64,000 bases of DNA from Candidatus Sericytochromatia bacterium. Lineage in GTDB: Bacteria > Cyanobacteriota > Sericytochromatia > S15B-MN24 > JAQBPE01. Below are positions 52,798 through 64,000 of the stretch, in pieces; the stretch's first letter is position 1, and each line of letters opens with the position of its first letter. The notes below the pieces were generated by a model that was not told the origin of the DNA, searched no databases, and worked only from the letters and a program-made list of their open reading frames with translations. Where the stretch lies: NCBI GenBank assembly GCA_035285125.1, contig JAYKHR010000173.1, positions 1 through 64,000 on the forward strand, read 5' to 3'. The translations under genes and the position numbers were made by a program.

Positions 52798-53385
52798 ATG
52801 GCCCGAGGCGCCGACCTGCTCGCCAACATGACCTACTGGACGGCCTTGGTGCTCGCCTCGGCCGCCGCGTTCACGGCAGGCTTCCACTACACCCACGGCG
52901 CCACGGCCAACGTCCCCGTCAAGCAGCCCGTGTCGCTTGGCGAGTCTCCATCCCCTCTGCCGGCCGTCACCCCCCGTCCGACGCCGAGCCCGACGCCGAC
53001 GCCGGCGCCGGGTCCCATCGGCACCCCCGCAGGCAGCCTCCAGGTGGCGCCCCCCGCGCCCCCGCCGCCTGGCGACCAATGGGACGCCACCCAGGCCGAG
53101 GCGGGCTTCGCGACCGCTCCCCCGCTCCGCTCTCCGGTAGAGAACGCAGCGGCGGGCACGCCGTCGGGTGGAACCGTCTACCGCGTGCAGGTGGGGGCGT
53201 TCGACACGCGGGAAGGCGCCCAGCGCCAGGTCGAGGCATTGCAGGCAACCGGCTTGAACGCCGTCGTCGTGTGGGATGGCGGCAGCTTCCGGGCCCAGCT
53301 GGGCGCGTTCACAGACCGGGGCAGGGCGTTCTCCGTCGCCGATGAGATCAGCGTTCGCGGCTTTCCCGTCACGGTGCGGCACTGA
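52798..53385 (+). CDS. SPOR-domain protein
   Basis: N-terminal TM, Pro-rich linker, YRVQVGAF..A and FRAQLGAF..A. Confidence 0.88.
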   Translation: MARGADLLANMTYWTALVLASAAAFTAGFHYTHGATANVPVKQPVSLGESPSPLPAVTPRPTPSPTPTPAPGPIGTPAGSLQVAPPAPPPPGDQWDATQAEAGFATAPPLRSPVENAAAGTPSGGTVYRVQVGAFDTREGAQRQVEALQATGLNAVVVWDGGSFRAQLGAFTDRGRAFSVADEISVRGFPVTVRH

Positions 53386-53435
53386 CCGCCCCCCGTGCCA
53401 GGAAAGTCGCTCTCGCGCCCTTCAGGAGGAACGGT

Positions 53436-54505
53436 ATGCGCATTCGGTGGTCCCTGGCTGTTGCATTGGTTGTCCTCACCGGGTGCAGGACTTTTCCGTT
53501 CGGGGGCGCTCCGAGGCCGGAGCCCGCCACGGGGATGCCGGGCGGTGAGCTCGCGGGGCCTGCTTCGCCCCAGGTGGCCTCCCCACCGCCGCGGTAGCCG
53601 GGGGGGGAGACGCCCACCGGTGGTCGGGGCGCCTGCGCTTGGCCCAGATCCTCCCATCGGCCTCGACGCGGCCCTGTGCGCGTCGAGGCGGGGGGACGGG
53701 GCTCGGGAGCACGCCGCCGATGCTCGCCGAGGTCTCAGCCCTGGCGGTCTGTGCGGAGGCCGTGCGGCTGATGCTGGCGGCCTACAGCCAGGGCGATGCG
53801 TCCTGGAAGGCGTTCGAGTTTCGGGACCATCCGATGTTCGGGCACTCCCTCACGGGGCGCCTGAAGGTCCGCCGGGAGGGAGACGTCGGTACCATCGTCA
53901 TCTGGCTTCAGGACCCGGCGGGCAAGCTGGGCCACGTGGGCACGCTGGCCTTCTCGGGCGCGGGCAAGGGAACCCTCAGGCTGGTGGTCGAGCTCCCCGT
54001 GGCAGGCGTGCTGGCGCTTCACGGGAGCGCCGATATGGCCCGCGGCGAGACCGTGTTGGATCTCGCCTCCTTCCCCGACCGCGCCAGCGCCGCGACCCTC
54101 GGGAAGACCAAGCCGGAGGGCAGGCTGCACCTCCGACAGCGCCTGGTGCTGCGCCGGCTTGACGGGCGCGGCGCGGAACCGGCCTTCACCTACAGCAGCG
54201 CATTTGCCCGCGCCTTTGGCGACCCGAGCCCGGCCTGTGCAACCTACAAGCGCGTGACCCTCGCCAAGTTCCTGGAGGACCACACCGCCGTGGTCGTCAG
54301 CCGGGAGGTCGAGGGTGGCGGCAACAGCGCCACCTGGCGCCTCGATGCCGCGGGGACGACGCTGCAGGAAGGCTCGTCACCCCCTGCGCTGCGGGGGCTG
54401 ACGGTCAGCCAGGATGAGTTGCCCGTCGCACCCGGCTCTGCCGCGGCCCTCCCGGTGGAGGAAATACAGCTCTTTCAGTTGCCCGCCCCACCCGTCGGCC
54501 CCTGA
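53436..54505 (+). pseudogene. lipoprotein split by a one-base frameshift (or sequencing error); paralogue of 54803-56290
   Basis: AGGAGGA-ATG 53436 gives MRIRWSLAVALVVLTGC, stop TAG 53595; a second frame open from 53549 to 54505 matches the downstream paralogue. Confidence 0.7.
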
Positions 54506-54802
54506 GCGCTTGGCCTCACGTCGCAAGCAAGGCGTCGGATGCGGGTACACCAAGAAAGCGGACTCTGGAACCTGGTTCGGTGGTGTTTCGACACCCCTGC
54601 CGAGGCAAACCTTTTCCCCGAGGGGGGAGGGCACTGAGGGCATCTCGGCAGCCCGACCCGCTCGCGAGGGGGGGCGTCGCCGCAGGGCGGGTGAAGCCTG
54701 TTCCCAGCACCAGGATCGGGCGTGTCGGGCGGGCCGCCCACCCTGCCCGTGGTGGGCCTCCCACGTGCCGCGCGAGGGCTTCGCGCAGCTGAAAGGACGC
54801 TT

Positions 54803-56290
54803 GTGCGACGCACCCTCCCTCTGACCCTCGGCGTACTCCTGGTGGCTGGCTGCTCGGCCGCCAGCCTGCCCGCAACGCCTCGCGCCAAGGCCCAGCCTGC
54901 GACGAGGGAGCAGCCCAAGGCGTCGCCCCAGGTCCCGAGGCCGAGCGGCACAGGGGTCCAGCCCGGCGCGAGCCCGGCGGCCACGGTGGAGGCTCCCGTG
55001 GTCGCGGTGCTGCCGCTGTTGCCTCCGGCGCTGAAGACCCCCACGGACTTTGCAGGCCACATGGGCATCCGCGGCTTTCTCGCGCCAGGGGACGAGGAGC
55101 GGTTCGGCCTGGCCACTGGGGGTCTGACGGGCGCCCCGGGGGGATCGCTGCGGGGGCTCGATGGGGTGGGCCTGATCGGGGTCGACGGCGGTACCCTGAT
55201 TGGCCCTGACGGCGGAACCCTGATCGGCCCTGACGGCGGGACCCTCATCGGCCCTGACGGCGGGACCCTTATGGGCTCGAGCCGCGGCGCCCTGGTGGGT
55301 GGCACCTTTGCCCGTCAGGTCGGCGGGGCCCTGAGCGCAGCGGAGGCAGCCCCGCTCGGGGGCCCTGTCAGGGGGCCGATTTCCGCCCCGGGCCGGGCCC
55401 CTTATCTCCTGCTCGAAGAAGGCCTTTCTTCCCCGGTGAGTCAGCTGCCCTGTGCCGATGCCCCCGGCCAGGAGGCCGGTGCCGAGGGGGTCCCGCTGGC
55501 GCGCGAGCTCTCCCCCCTCGGGGTTCAGGCCGAGGCGCTGCGGATGATGCTCAAGGCCTACACGTTCGCGACCCCCGACGGCAGGCTGCTGGTGTTCAAG
55601 GACGTGAAGCTGTTCGATCAGGCGTTATCGGGGAAGATCCGGGTCAAGCGGGCGGGTGACACCGGCGAGGTTCACATCTGGCTCCAGGAGCACACCGGGC
55701 GCCTGGGTCACGCTGGCACGGTGACCTTCCACAGCCCCCGACGCGGCACCTTCGCCGCGCAGGTGAGGTTGCCCTACATGGGCCTGCTGGCCGTACGGGG
55801 GCAGTTCGACCTGACGGATGGGGAGGCCCTGCTGGACATCGCCACCTTCCCGATGCGGGGGGGGGTGGAGCCCGCCCGCGTGGGCCGCAGCAAGCACCAG
55901 CTGTTCCTGCGGCAACGCATCGAGGTGCGTCGCGGGGCATCAGCGTCGCTTGACGCGCCGTTCACCTACAGCAGCGCGACAGCGAGGGAGCTCCGAACCG
56001 CAGACCTCGGCTGTCAACGCCTCCGCAGCACGTCCGTTGCGAAGTTCTTGCCTGACAATACGGCCGTCGTTCACACCAGGCTGCGGGTGGGAGACGCCAC
56101 GGAACCGCTCGAGGCAAGGTGGCATCTGGACGGCGCCGGCGCCACGCTCCCCGAAGGTGAGGCGTCAGGCGCATTACGGGCCCTCGAGATCCGGGCGGAC
56201 GAATTCCCCGAGGCCGTGGAATCGGCCTCGAACCTGTCGCCCGGGGAGCTCTCCCTGTTCACGATGCCGCCCCCACCAGAGGGTCCGTGA
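54803..56290 (+). CDS. lipoprotein with LIGPDGGT octapeptide repeats and an uncharacterised C-terminal domain
   Basis: GAAAGGA RBS, GTG start, lipobox LVAGC, repeat block, C-terminal domain shared with the upstream gene. Confidence 0.8.
   Translation: MRRTLPLTLGVLLVAGCSAASLPATPRAKAQPATREQPKASPQVPRPSGTGVQPGASPAATVEAPVVAVLPLLPPALKTPTDFAGHMGIRGFLAPGDEERFGLATGGLTGAPGGSLRGLDGVGLIGVDGGTLIGPDGGTLIGPDGGTLIGPDGGTLMGSSRGALVGGTFARQVGGALSAAEAAPLGGPVRGPISAPGRAPYLLLEEGLSSPVSQLPCADAPGQEAGAEGVPLARELSPLGVQAEALRMMLKAYTFATPDGRLLVFKDVKLFDQALSGKIRVKRAGDTGEVHIWLQEHTGRLGHAGTVTFHSPRRGTFAAQVRLPYMGLLAVRGQFDLTDGEALLDIATFPMRGGVEPARVGRSKHQLFLRQRIEVRRGASASLDAPFTYSSATARELRTADLGCQRLRSTSVAKFLPDNTAVVHTRLRVGDATEPLEARWHLDGAGATLPEGEASGALRALEIRADEFPEAVESASNLSPGELSLFTMPPPPEGP
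55124..55291 (+). repeat. 24-bp coding tandem repeat (4 near-identical plus 3 degenerate units)
   Basis: Core CT(G/C)AT(C/T)GG(C/G)(CCT/GTC)GACGGCGG(T/A/G)ACC at 55172, 55196, 55220, 55244. Confidence 0.92.
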
Positions 56291-56295
56291 GGCCA

Positions 56296-57018
56296 TCACC
56301 CGTCGTAGCGGGCCTGAATCACCGCCAGCGCAGCCAACCCAGCCGTCTCCGTCCGCAAGATGCGCGGCCCGAGGCTGACGCAGCGTGCCCCGAGCGCCTC
56401 CAGCCGCTCGAGTTCCTCTGGCGCCCAGCCCCCCTCGGGCCCGACCAGCACCCAGATCCCCGTCGGCGCGGCCGGTGGCAAGACCGCTGCGAGGGTGCCC
56501 CCCCTCGCACGCTCCGCAAGGACCAGCACCGTGTCGCCCGGTGCCCAGCCCAGGGCCTCCAGGCTCACCGGCGGGTAGATGCGCGGCAGGTCGGGGCGCT
56601 CGCACTGCTCGGCAGCCTCACGGGCAATGGCCTCCCAGCGACGCAGCTTCCCCTGCGAGCGGTCGGCGTCGAGCCGCACCACGCAACGGCTGGCGGCGAC
56701 GGGCCTGATGGCCGCCACGCCAAGTTCGGTGGCCTTCTGCACGATCCAGTCGAGCTTGTCGCCCTTGGGCAGCGCCTGAACCAGCGTGATGGGGGGACCA
56801 TCAGGCGCCTCATGTGCCTCCGAGACGACTGCCAAGGCGACCTCCCGGCCCTCGATGGCCGTGACCCGCGCCTCGACCACGCGGCCGGTGCCGTCGAGCA
56901 AGGTCAGGCCGTCGCCCGGCCCCAGCCGCAGCACCCGGGTCGCGTGGTGAGCGTCCGCGCCCGTGAGCCGGACCTGGCCGGCCCCGAGGGCCGCTGGCGA
57001 GACGAAGAAGCGTGTCAT
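56296..57018 (-). CDS. rsmE: 16S rRNA m3U1498 methyltransferase
   Basis: HHATRVLRL, KGDKLDWIVQKATELGV, EAAEQC, VGPEGG, LGPRILRTETA. Confidence 0.97.
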   Translation of the reverse strand: MTRFFVSPAALGAGQVRLTGADAHHATRVLRLGPGDGLTLLDGTGRVVEARVTAIEGREVALAVVSEAHEAPDGPPITLVQALPKGDKLDWIVQKATELGVAAIRPVAASRCVVRLDADRSQGKLRRWEAIAREAAEQCERPDLPRIYPPVSLEALGWAPGDTVLVLAERARGGTLAAVLPPAAPTGIWVLVGPEGGWAPEELERLEALGARCVSLGPRILRTETAGLAALAVIQARYDG

Positions 57019-57020
57019 GA

Positions 57021-57518
57021 TCAGTTCCCCGCTGGCCCCGCCTGCTCCGTCAACGTCAGGACCAGGGTCTCGGTCCGCACCTCGAAGCCAGCCGCAAGGT
57101 ACATGGCGCGCGCGGGGTTCCCCACCGCCACCCGAAGCGTCAGCGCGTCAAGGCCCCGAGAGGCCACGTCGTGCGTCACGGCATTCAGCAGTGCCCTGCC
57201 CCAGCCCTGTCCTCTCCAGGCAGGCTCGACGTAGAGGTCCGTGAGTGCGGCGGAGGCCTCGAAGAGGTCGACCTCGGCCAGGTTGGGGACGACGGCGGCG
57301 AAGCCCACCAGGCCCTCCGGCGCCTCCAGCACCCAGAGCTGCCCGACCTCCGTGAGCCGGGCCAGGTGCACCTCCATGGCCCGGCGGTTGCGCTGGGTCG
57401 CCCGCACCAGCTTGCCGTGGCGGGTGTTGTGCTCCCGCATGAACGAGAGCCAGAGGCCAGCAGCCGCGGCGGCCTCGCCAGGACGTGCCAGCCGGACGTG
57501 GAGGGGCGACGTGGTCAT
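57021..57518 (-). CDS. GNAT acetyltransferase
   Basis: LTDLYVEPAWRGQGWGRALL, NPARAMYLAAGF. Confidence 0.88.
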   Translation of the reverse strand: MTTSPLHVRLARPGEAAAAAGLWLSFMREHNTRHGKLVRATQRNRRAMEVHLARLTEVGQLWVLEAPEGLVGFAAVVPNLAEVDLFEASAALTDLYVEPAWRGQGWGRALLNAVTHDVASRGLDALTLRVAVGNPARAMYLAAGFEVRTETLVLTLTEQAGPAGN

Positions 57519-57533
57519 AGGCGGGGCACCCTC

Positions 57534-57560
57534 AAAAAAAACAGGGCCCGAAGGCCCTGT
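57534..57560 (-). terminator. intrinsic terminator after rpmE
   Basis: ACAGGGCC-TTCG-GGCCCTGT followed by a T run on the minus strand. Confidence 0.9.
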
Positions 57561-57576
57561 CGTCGCGAGAGCTGGC

Positions 57577-57861
57577 TCAGGCCTTGCTCTCGGCGGGCGC
57601 GGCCTCGGCAGGCCGGGCAGAGGAGGCAGACTGAGCGGCACGAGCGGCCAGCTTCCGGTTCTGGCTCTCGAACTTCTTCATGAAGCGATCCACGCGACCC
57701 TCGGTGTCGACGATCTTCTGCGTGCCCGTGAAGAACGGGTGGCACGCCGCGCAGATTTCAACGCGGATGTCGGAGCCCTTGGTGGTGCCGGTCGTGAAGG
57801 TGTTGCCGCAGACGCAGGCGACGTTGACCTGCACGTACTTGGGGTGAATGCCCGTCTTCAT
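57577..57861 (-). CDS. rpmE: 50S ribosomal protein L31 (zinc-binding type)
   Basis: [28 protein letters not shown]; Ala-rich tail. Confidence 0.97.
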   Translation of the reverse strand: MKTGIHPKYVQVNVACVCGNTFTTGTTKGSDIRVEICAACHPFFTGTQKIVDTEGRVDRFMKKFESQNRKLAARAAQSASSARPAEAAPAESKA

Positions 57862-57964
57862 GGGATTGTTCTCCGTTGGGTCGTGGGGGGGGGCTGGTTT
57901 CCAAGCAGCCTCCGGGCCGCCGCTCGGGGCGGGGGGCTTGGAGGGCCCGCGCGGCCGGTTCGTC

Positions 57965-57994
57965 ATTTTAAAACGTCGCCCGAGGCCGCGTCAA
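57965..57994 (-). promoter_or_regulatory. sigma70-type promoter for rpmE
   Basis: TTGACG-N18-TAAAAT. Confidence 0.65.
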
Positions 57995-58028
57995 CACGCG
58001 GGTTTTCTGGCAATGGGAGCGGGCTCTT

Positions 58029-58037
58029 TGGTATACT
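58029..58037 (+). promoter_or_regulatory. extended -10 element for secA
   Basis: TGGTATACT about 70 nt upstream of the secA ATG. Confidence 0.6.
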
Positions 58038-58105
58038 TCAACTTCCGGGCAGCAACCCGTGACGCGGCGCGTCGCAGGCCCGGCAGAAAGGTGCCTTTTC
58101 CCCGC

Positions 58106-61000
<2,895 letters not shown>

Positions 61001-61005
61001 ACACC

Positions 61006-62131
61006 GTGTACGAGGTCAAGCAAGACGTCAAGGCGCTGGCGGAGCGTGTGGCCACGGCCGGGAGGCATCTTTGACCCATCCCGGCTGGCACAGCGCATTG
61101 AAGCGCTGGAACACCGGGCGGCAGACCCCGACCTGTGGAGCGACCCGAAGCGGGCCCAGGCCACCATGCAGGAACTCAACAGCCTGAAGTCCCAGCAGGA
61201 GCAGATCCTGCGCTGGAACCGGGCTGTCGACGACATGGATGTGATGATGGACCTCGCCGAGGAGGACGACTCCATGGCAGCGGAGCTCACGCAGACGCTC
61301 AAGGCCATCACGGCCGAGGTGGACCGCTGGGAACTCACCCAGCTGCTGTCCGGGCAGTACGACGACAGCCCGGCCATCCTCTCGGTGGCAGCGGGCGCTG
61401 GGGGCACGGACGCGGCCGACTGGGCGCTGATGCTGCTTCGGATGTACTCGCGATGGGCCGAGCAGAACGGCTACAAGGCCGAGCTCACGGACTACTCCGA
61501 GAACGAGGAGGCGGGCATCAAGGGCGCCACGCTGATCGTGACGGGTCCCTACGCCTACGGGCGGCTGCTCGCCGAAAAGGGCACGCACCGCCTGGTCCGC
61601 ATCTCTCCGTTCAACGCTGCGGGCAAGCGCCAGACCGCCTTCGCGGGGGTCGACGTGGTGCCTGAAATCGAGGCCGACGCGGATGTCGAGATCGACCCCA
61701 AGGACCTTCGGGTCGACACCTTCAGGTCCGGCGGCGCGGGCGGTCAGAACGTGAACAAGGTCGAGACCGCCATCCGCATCACGCACATCCCGACGGGCAC
61801 CGTGGTGTCATGCCAGAACGAGCGCTCGCAGCTGCAGAACCGGGAGACGGCCATGCGCGTCCTGCGTGCCAAGCTCTACGACAGGATGATGGCAGAGCAC
61901 GCGGCGAAGCTCGCGGACCTCAAGGGCCCGCAAACGGAGGCCGCGTGGGGCCACCAGATCCGGTCCTACGTGCTGCACCCTTACACCATGATCAAGGACC
62001 ACCGCACGGGCGAGGAGACGGGCAACATCCAGCCCGTGCTCGACGGGGCGATCGACCCGTTCATCGACGCCTACCTGCGGGCTCGTGCCTCGGGCAACCT
62101 GGCTGAGGGCGGCGGCGGAGACGACGTGTAG
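61006..62131 (+). CDS. prfB: peptide chain release factor 2, programmed +1 frameshift
   Basis: GTG 61006 ORF ends at CTT TGA C (61069-61075) and continues +1; SPF motif (RISPFN), GGQ, QIRSYV. Confidence 0.97.
61060..61075 (+). promoter_or_regulatory. RF2 +1 frameshift site
   Basis: GGGAGG-CAT-CTTTGAC: internal SD, 3-nt spacer, slippery CTT-TGA-C. Confidence 0.95.
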
Positions 62132-62133
62132 CC

Positions 62134-62625
62134 ATGGCAGGTGCCCCCGACAAGGTCCTCGCGCGGGAAGAACTCGCGCACGCCCTGGCAACCCTGCCAG
62201 GGCGGACGGTCTTCACCAACGGCTGCTTCGACCTGCTGCACGTGGGCCACGTGCGATACCTGCAGGCCGCCCGCGCTTGCGGCGACAGGCTGGTCGTCGG
62301 CCTCAACAGCGACGCCTCGGTCCGTGGGCTCAAGGGCCCCAGCCGCCCGCTCGTGGCAGAAGACGAGCGAGCGGAGGTGATCGCGGCCCTCACCTGCGTC
62401 GACTACGTGACGGTCTTCCAGGAACCCACGGCCGACGGGCTGCTGGCGCTGTTGCGGCCAGCGGTCTACGCCAAGGGTGGCGACTACACCCCCGACAGCC
62501 TCCCGGAGGCGCACACGGTGCGCGCCTACGGCGGCGAAATTGCCATCATTCCGTTCGTGCCAGGACGCTCGACCACCAACCTGGTGGCGAGGATCCAGGA
62601 CCTTCAACCCACTGAAAGGATCTGA
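62134..62625 (+). CDS. rfaE2: D-glycero-beta-D-manno-heptose 1-phosphate adenylyltransferase (RfaE domain II)
   Basis: VFTNGCFDLLHVGHVRYL, GLNSDASV..LKGPSRP, KGGDY, RSTT. Confidence 0.9.
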   Translation: MAGAPDKVLAREELAHALATLPGRTVFTNGCFDLLHVGHVRYLQAARACGDRLVVGLNSDASVRGLKGPSRPLVAEDERAEVIAALTCVDYVTVFQEPTADGLLALLRPAVYAKGGDYTPDSLPEAHTVRAYGGEIAIIPFVPGRSTTNLVARIQDLQPTERI

Positions 62626-62629
62626 CGCC

Positions 62630-63175
62630 ATGCCCCTCATCGACGCGCGCGGCAAGCTCTTCGGTCTCGTCAACGCGCTCGACGCCCTCATCATGACGAC
62701 CGTGATCATCGGCGTCGTCGGCGTCGTCGCCGTGAAGGGCGGCTACAGCGCCGTCACCCGCATGGCCGTGCGCCAGGGACCTGCGGAAATCGATCTCATG
62801 ATCCGGGCCAACATCAAGGACCTGGGGATCTTCAAGGGCGGCGAGCGGGCCTTCATCACGATCCGCAACCAGCCTTACGACAACGTCGAGATCGTCGCCG
62901 TCAGGGCCAAGCGGCAGGAAATCGCCATCCCCATCAATGATGGCAAGGGGCTGCGCGTGACGCAGGACCCCACCACGCCTTACGCCTCCGAGGTGCTGCT
63001 CACCCTGCGGGACAACGGGATGGAGACCGAGGACGGCATCGTCTGGGGCGGGCAAAAGCTCAAGCTGGGCGTGCCCATCGAGGTCGAGGGCTTCAAGTAC
63101 AGGCTCAAGGGCTCGGTGATCGACGTGCGAATGGTGGCCCCACAACAAGCGGCGGCCCCCGGCGGGGCCCGCTGA
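62630..63175 (+). CDS. DUF4330-like membrane-anchored protein
   Basis: IDARGKLFGLVNALD then TM; IRNQPY; KLKLGVPIEVEG. Confidence 0.75.
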   Translation: MPLIDARGKLFGLVNALDALIMTTVIIGVVGVVAVKGGYSAVTRMAVRQGPAEIDLMIRANIKDLGIFKGGERAFITIRNQPYDNVEIVAVRAKRQEIAIPINDGKGLRVTQDPTTPYASEVLLTLRDNGMETEDGIVWGGQKLKLGVPIEVEGFKYRLKGSVIDVRMVAPQQAAAPGGAR

Positions 63176-63176
63176 G

Positions 63177-64000
63177 GTGGCCTCTCGGGAGGGAACGGCA
63201 GCCCCCCTCGTGGCGGCCCTGGCCGAGAGCCGGCTGGGCCAGGGGGCGAGTCGGGGTTGGAACGTCCTGCGCGAGGGGCTGGCCACGGCGTCTGCGGCGA
63301 GCCAGCTTGCGCCCCACGCGCAGCGCCTGGCCCTGGGGAGCGTCTGCCTGCTGTTCGTGGCCTCGCCATGGGTCGGCACCGGCCTGAACGCGGCCATGGT
63401 GTTGCTGGCGGCTGCCTGGGTCGTCGTGTGGCGGCTGACGGCGGCGCCCAAGCCGGGCGTGACGTGGCTGGACGCCGCCGTGCTGGGGTTTGCCGCGGCT
63501 CACCTGATGGCGACGGGGTTCTCTCCCTACCTGGCCGCGAGCCTGAAGGGCCTGGCCAAGATGCTCGTCTACTGGCTGGCCTACGTGGCCTTCCGGCACG
63601 TGCTGGCCGACCGCATGGCCGTCCGGACCGTGCTGCTCGCCCTGCTGGGCTCTGCCGCCCTCGAGAGCGCGTATGGCGTGTACCAGTGGGTGGTGGGCGT
63701 CGAGCCGCTTGCCAACTGGGAGGACCCGGAGGCGCTCAACCCGCTCACGCGCGTTTATGGCTCCTTGATGAACCCCAACCTGCTGGCAGGCTACCTGCTC
63801 CCCCTGTTCCCTCTCGCCGTCGCGACGGCGTTCACGCAGCGCGGCACGCTGCGCCAGGTGGGCCTGGCTGCCGCCGTGCTGGCGCCAATCTGCGTCTTTT
63901 TCACCTACAGCCGAGGCGCTTACCTCGGCCTCGCGGCCTCGCTGGCCGTGCTCGGAACGCTGGGGCTGTCGCTGGCCTGGCCTGCGCTGTCCCGCCGGCG
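63177..64000 (+). CDS. IctB-like / O-antigen ligase family membrane protein (3' partial)
   Basis: Translated by hand: multiple TM segments, LANWEDPE..TRVYGSLMNPNLLAGYL, FTYSRGA; no stop before the window end. Confidence 0.85.
   Translation, partial: MASREGTAAPLVAALAESRLGQGASRGWNVLREGLATASAASQLAPHAQRLALGSVCLLFVASPWVGTGLNAAMVLLAAAWVVVWRLTAAPKPGVTWLDAAVLGFAAAHLMATGFSPYLAASLKGLAKMLVYWLAYVAFRHVLADRMAVRTVLLALLGSAALESAYGVYQWVVGVEPLANWEDPEALNPLTRVYGSLMNPNLLAGYLLPLFPLAVATAFTQRGTLRQVGLAAAVLAPICVFFTYSRGAYLGLAASLAVLGTLGLSLAWPALSRR

Noticed and set aside
53595..53597. TAG read-through (pyrrolysine or recoding) in the split lipoprotein
   Set aside because: The paralogue-like body is in a different frame, so read-through alone would not join them; TAG is a normal stop elsewhere in the window
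55172..55267. 24-bp repeats as a possible CRISPR array
   Set aside because: No spacers, in-frame coding with mostly synonymous variation, no cas genes

Overview
High-GC (roughly 70% by eye) bacterial chromosomal window, densely coding, mostly housekeeping. It holds thyX, an RluE-type synthase, fabF-rnc-rpe, a long minus-strand run efp-accB-accC-nusB-ftsY-tRNA-Leu(TAG)-cyclophilin-speB-selA-selB-haloperoxidase, uppP, typA, tig-clpP-clpX-valS, rsmE, rpmE, and secA-prfB (programmed +1 frameshift)-rfaE2-DUF4330-ictB-like (partial). Cyanobacterial-type markers (long NusB, efp-accB, nusB-ftsY, DUF4330, IctB-like) without photosynthesis genes suggest a non-photosynthetic cyanobacterial relative such as Sericytochromatia; this is inference only. 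I saw no mobile element, rRNA or CRISPR array. The most unusual items are: (1) two tandem, complementary, highly diverged FlhA/SctV-like genes with no other flagellar/T3SS genes nearby, lying between a dual-specificity phosphatase and a CCA-type nucleotidyltransferase/site-2 protease/HD run; (2) a Kelch-collagen-Kelch lipoprotein triad, the collagen protein carrying four repeated beta-rich domains; (3) a JAB/MPN-like protein next to a double zinc-ribbon membrane protein and a small beta-grasp-like protein; (4) a pair of paralogous lipoproteins, one frameshifted and one with LIGPDGGT octapeptide repeats, separated by a structured spacer; (5) selA/selB. All family calls are by-eye motif recognition; no searches were run.
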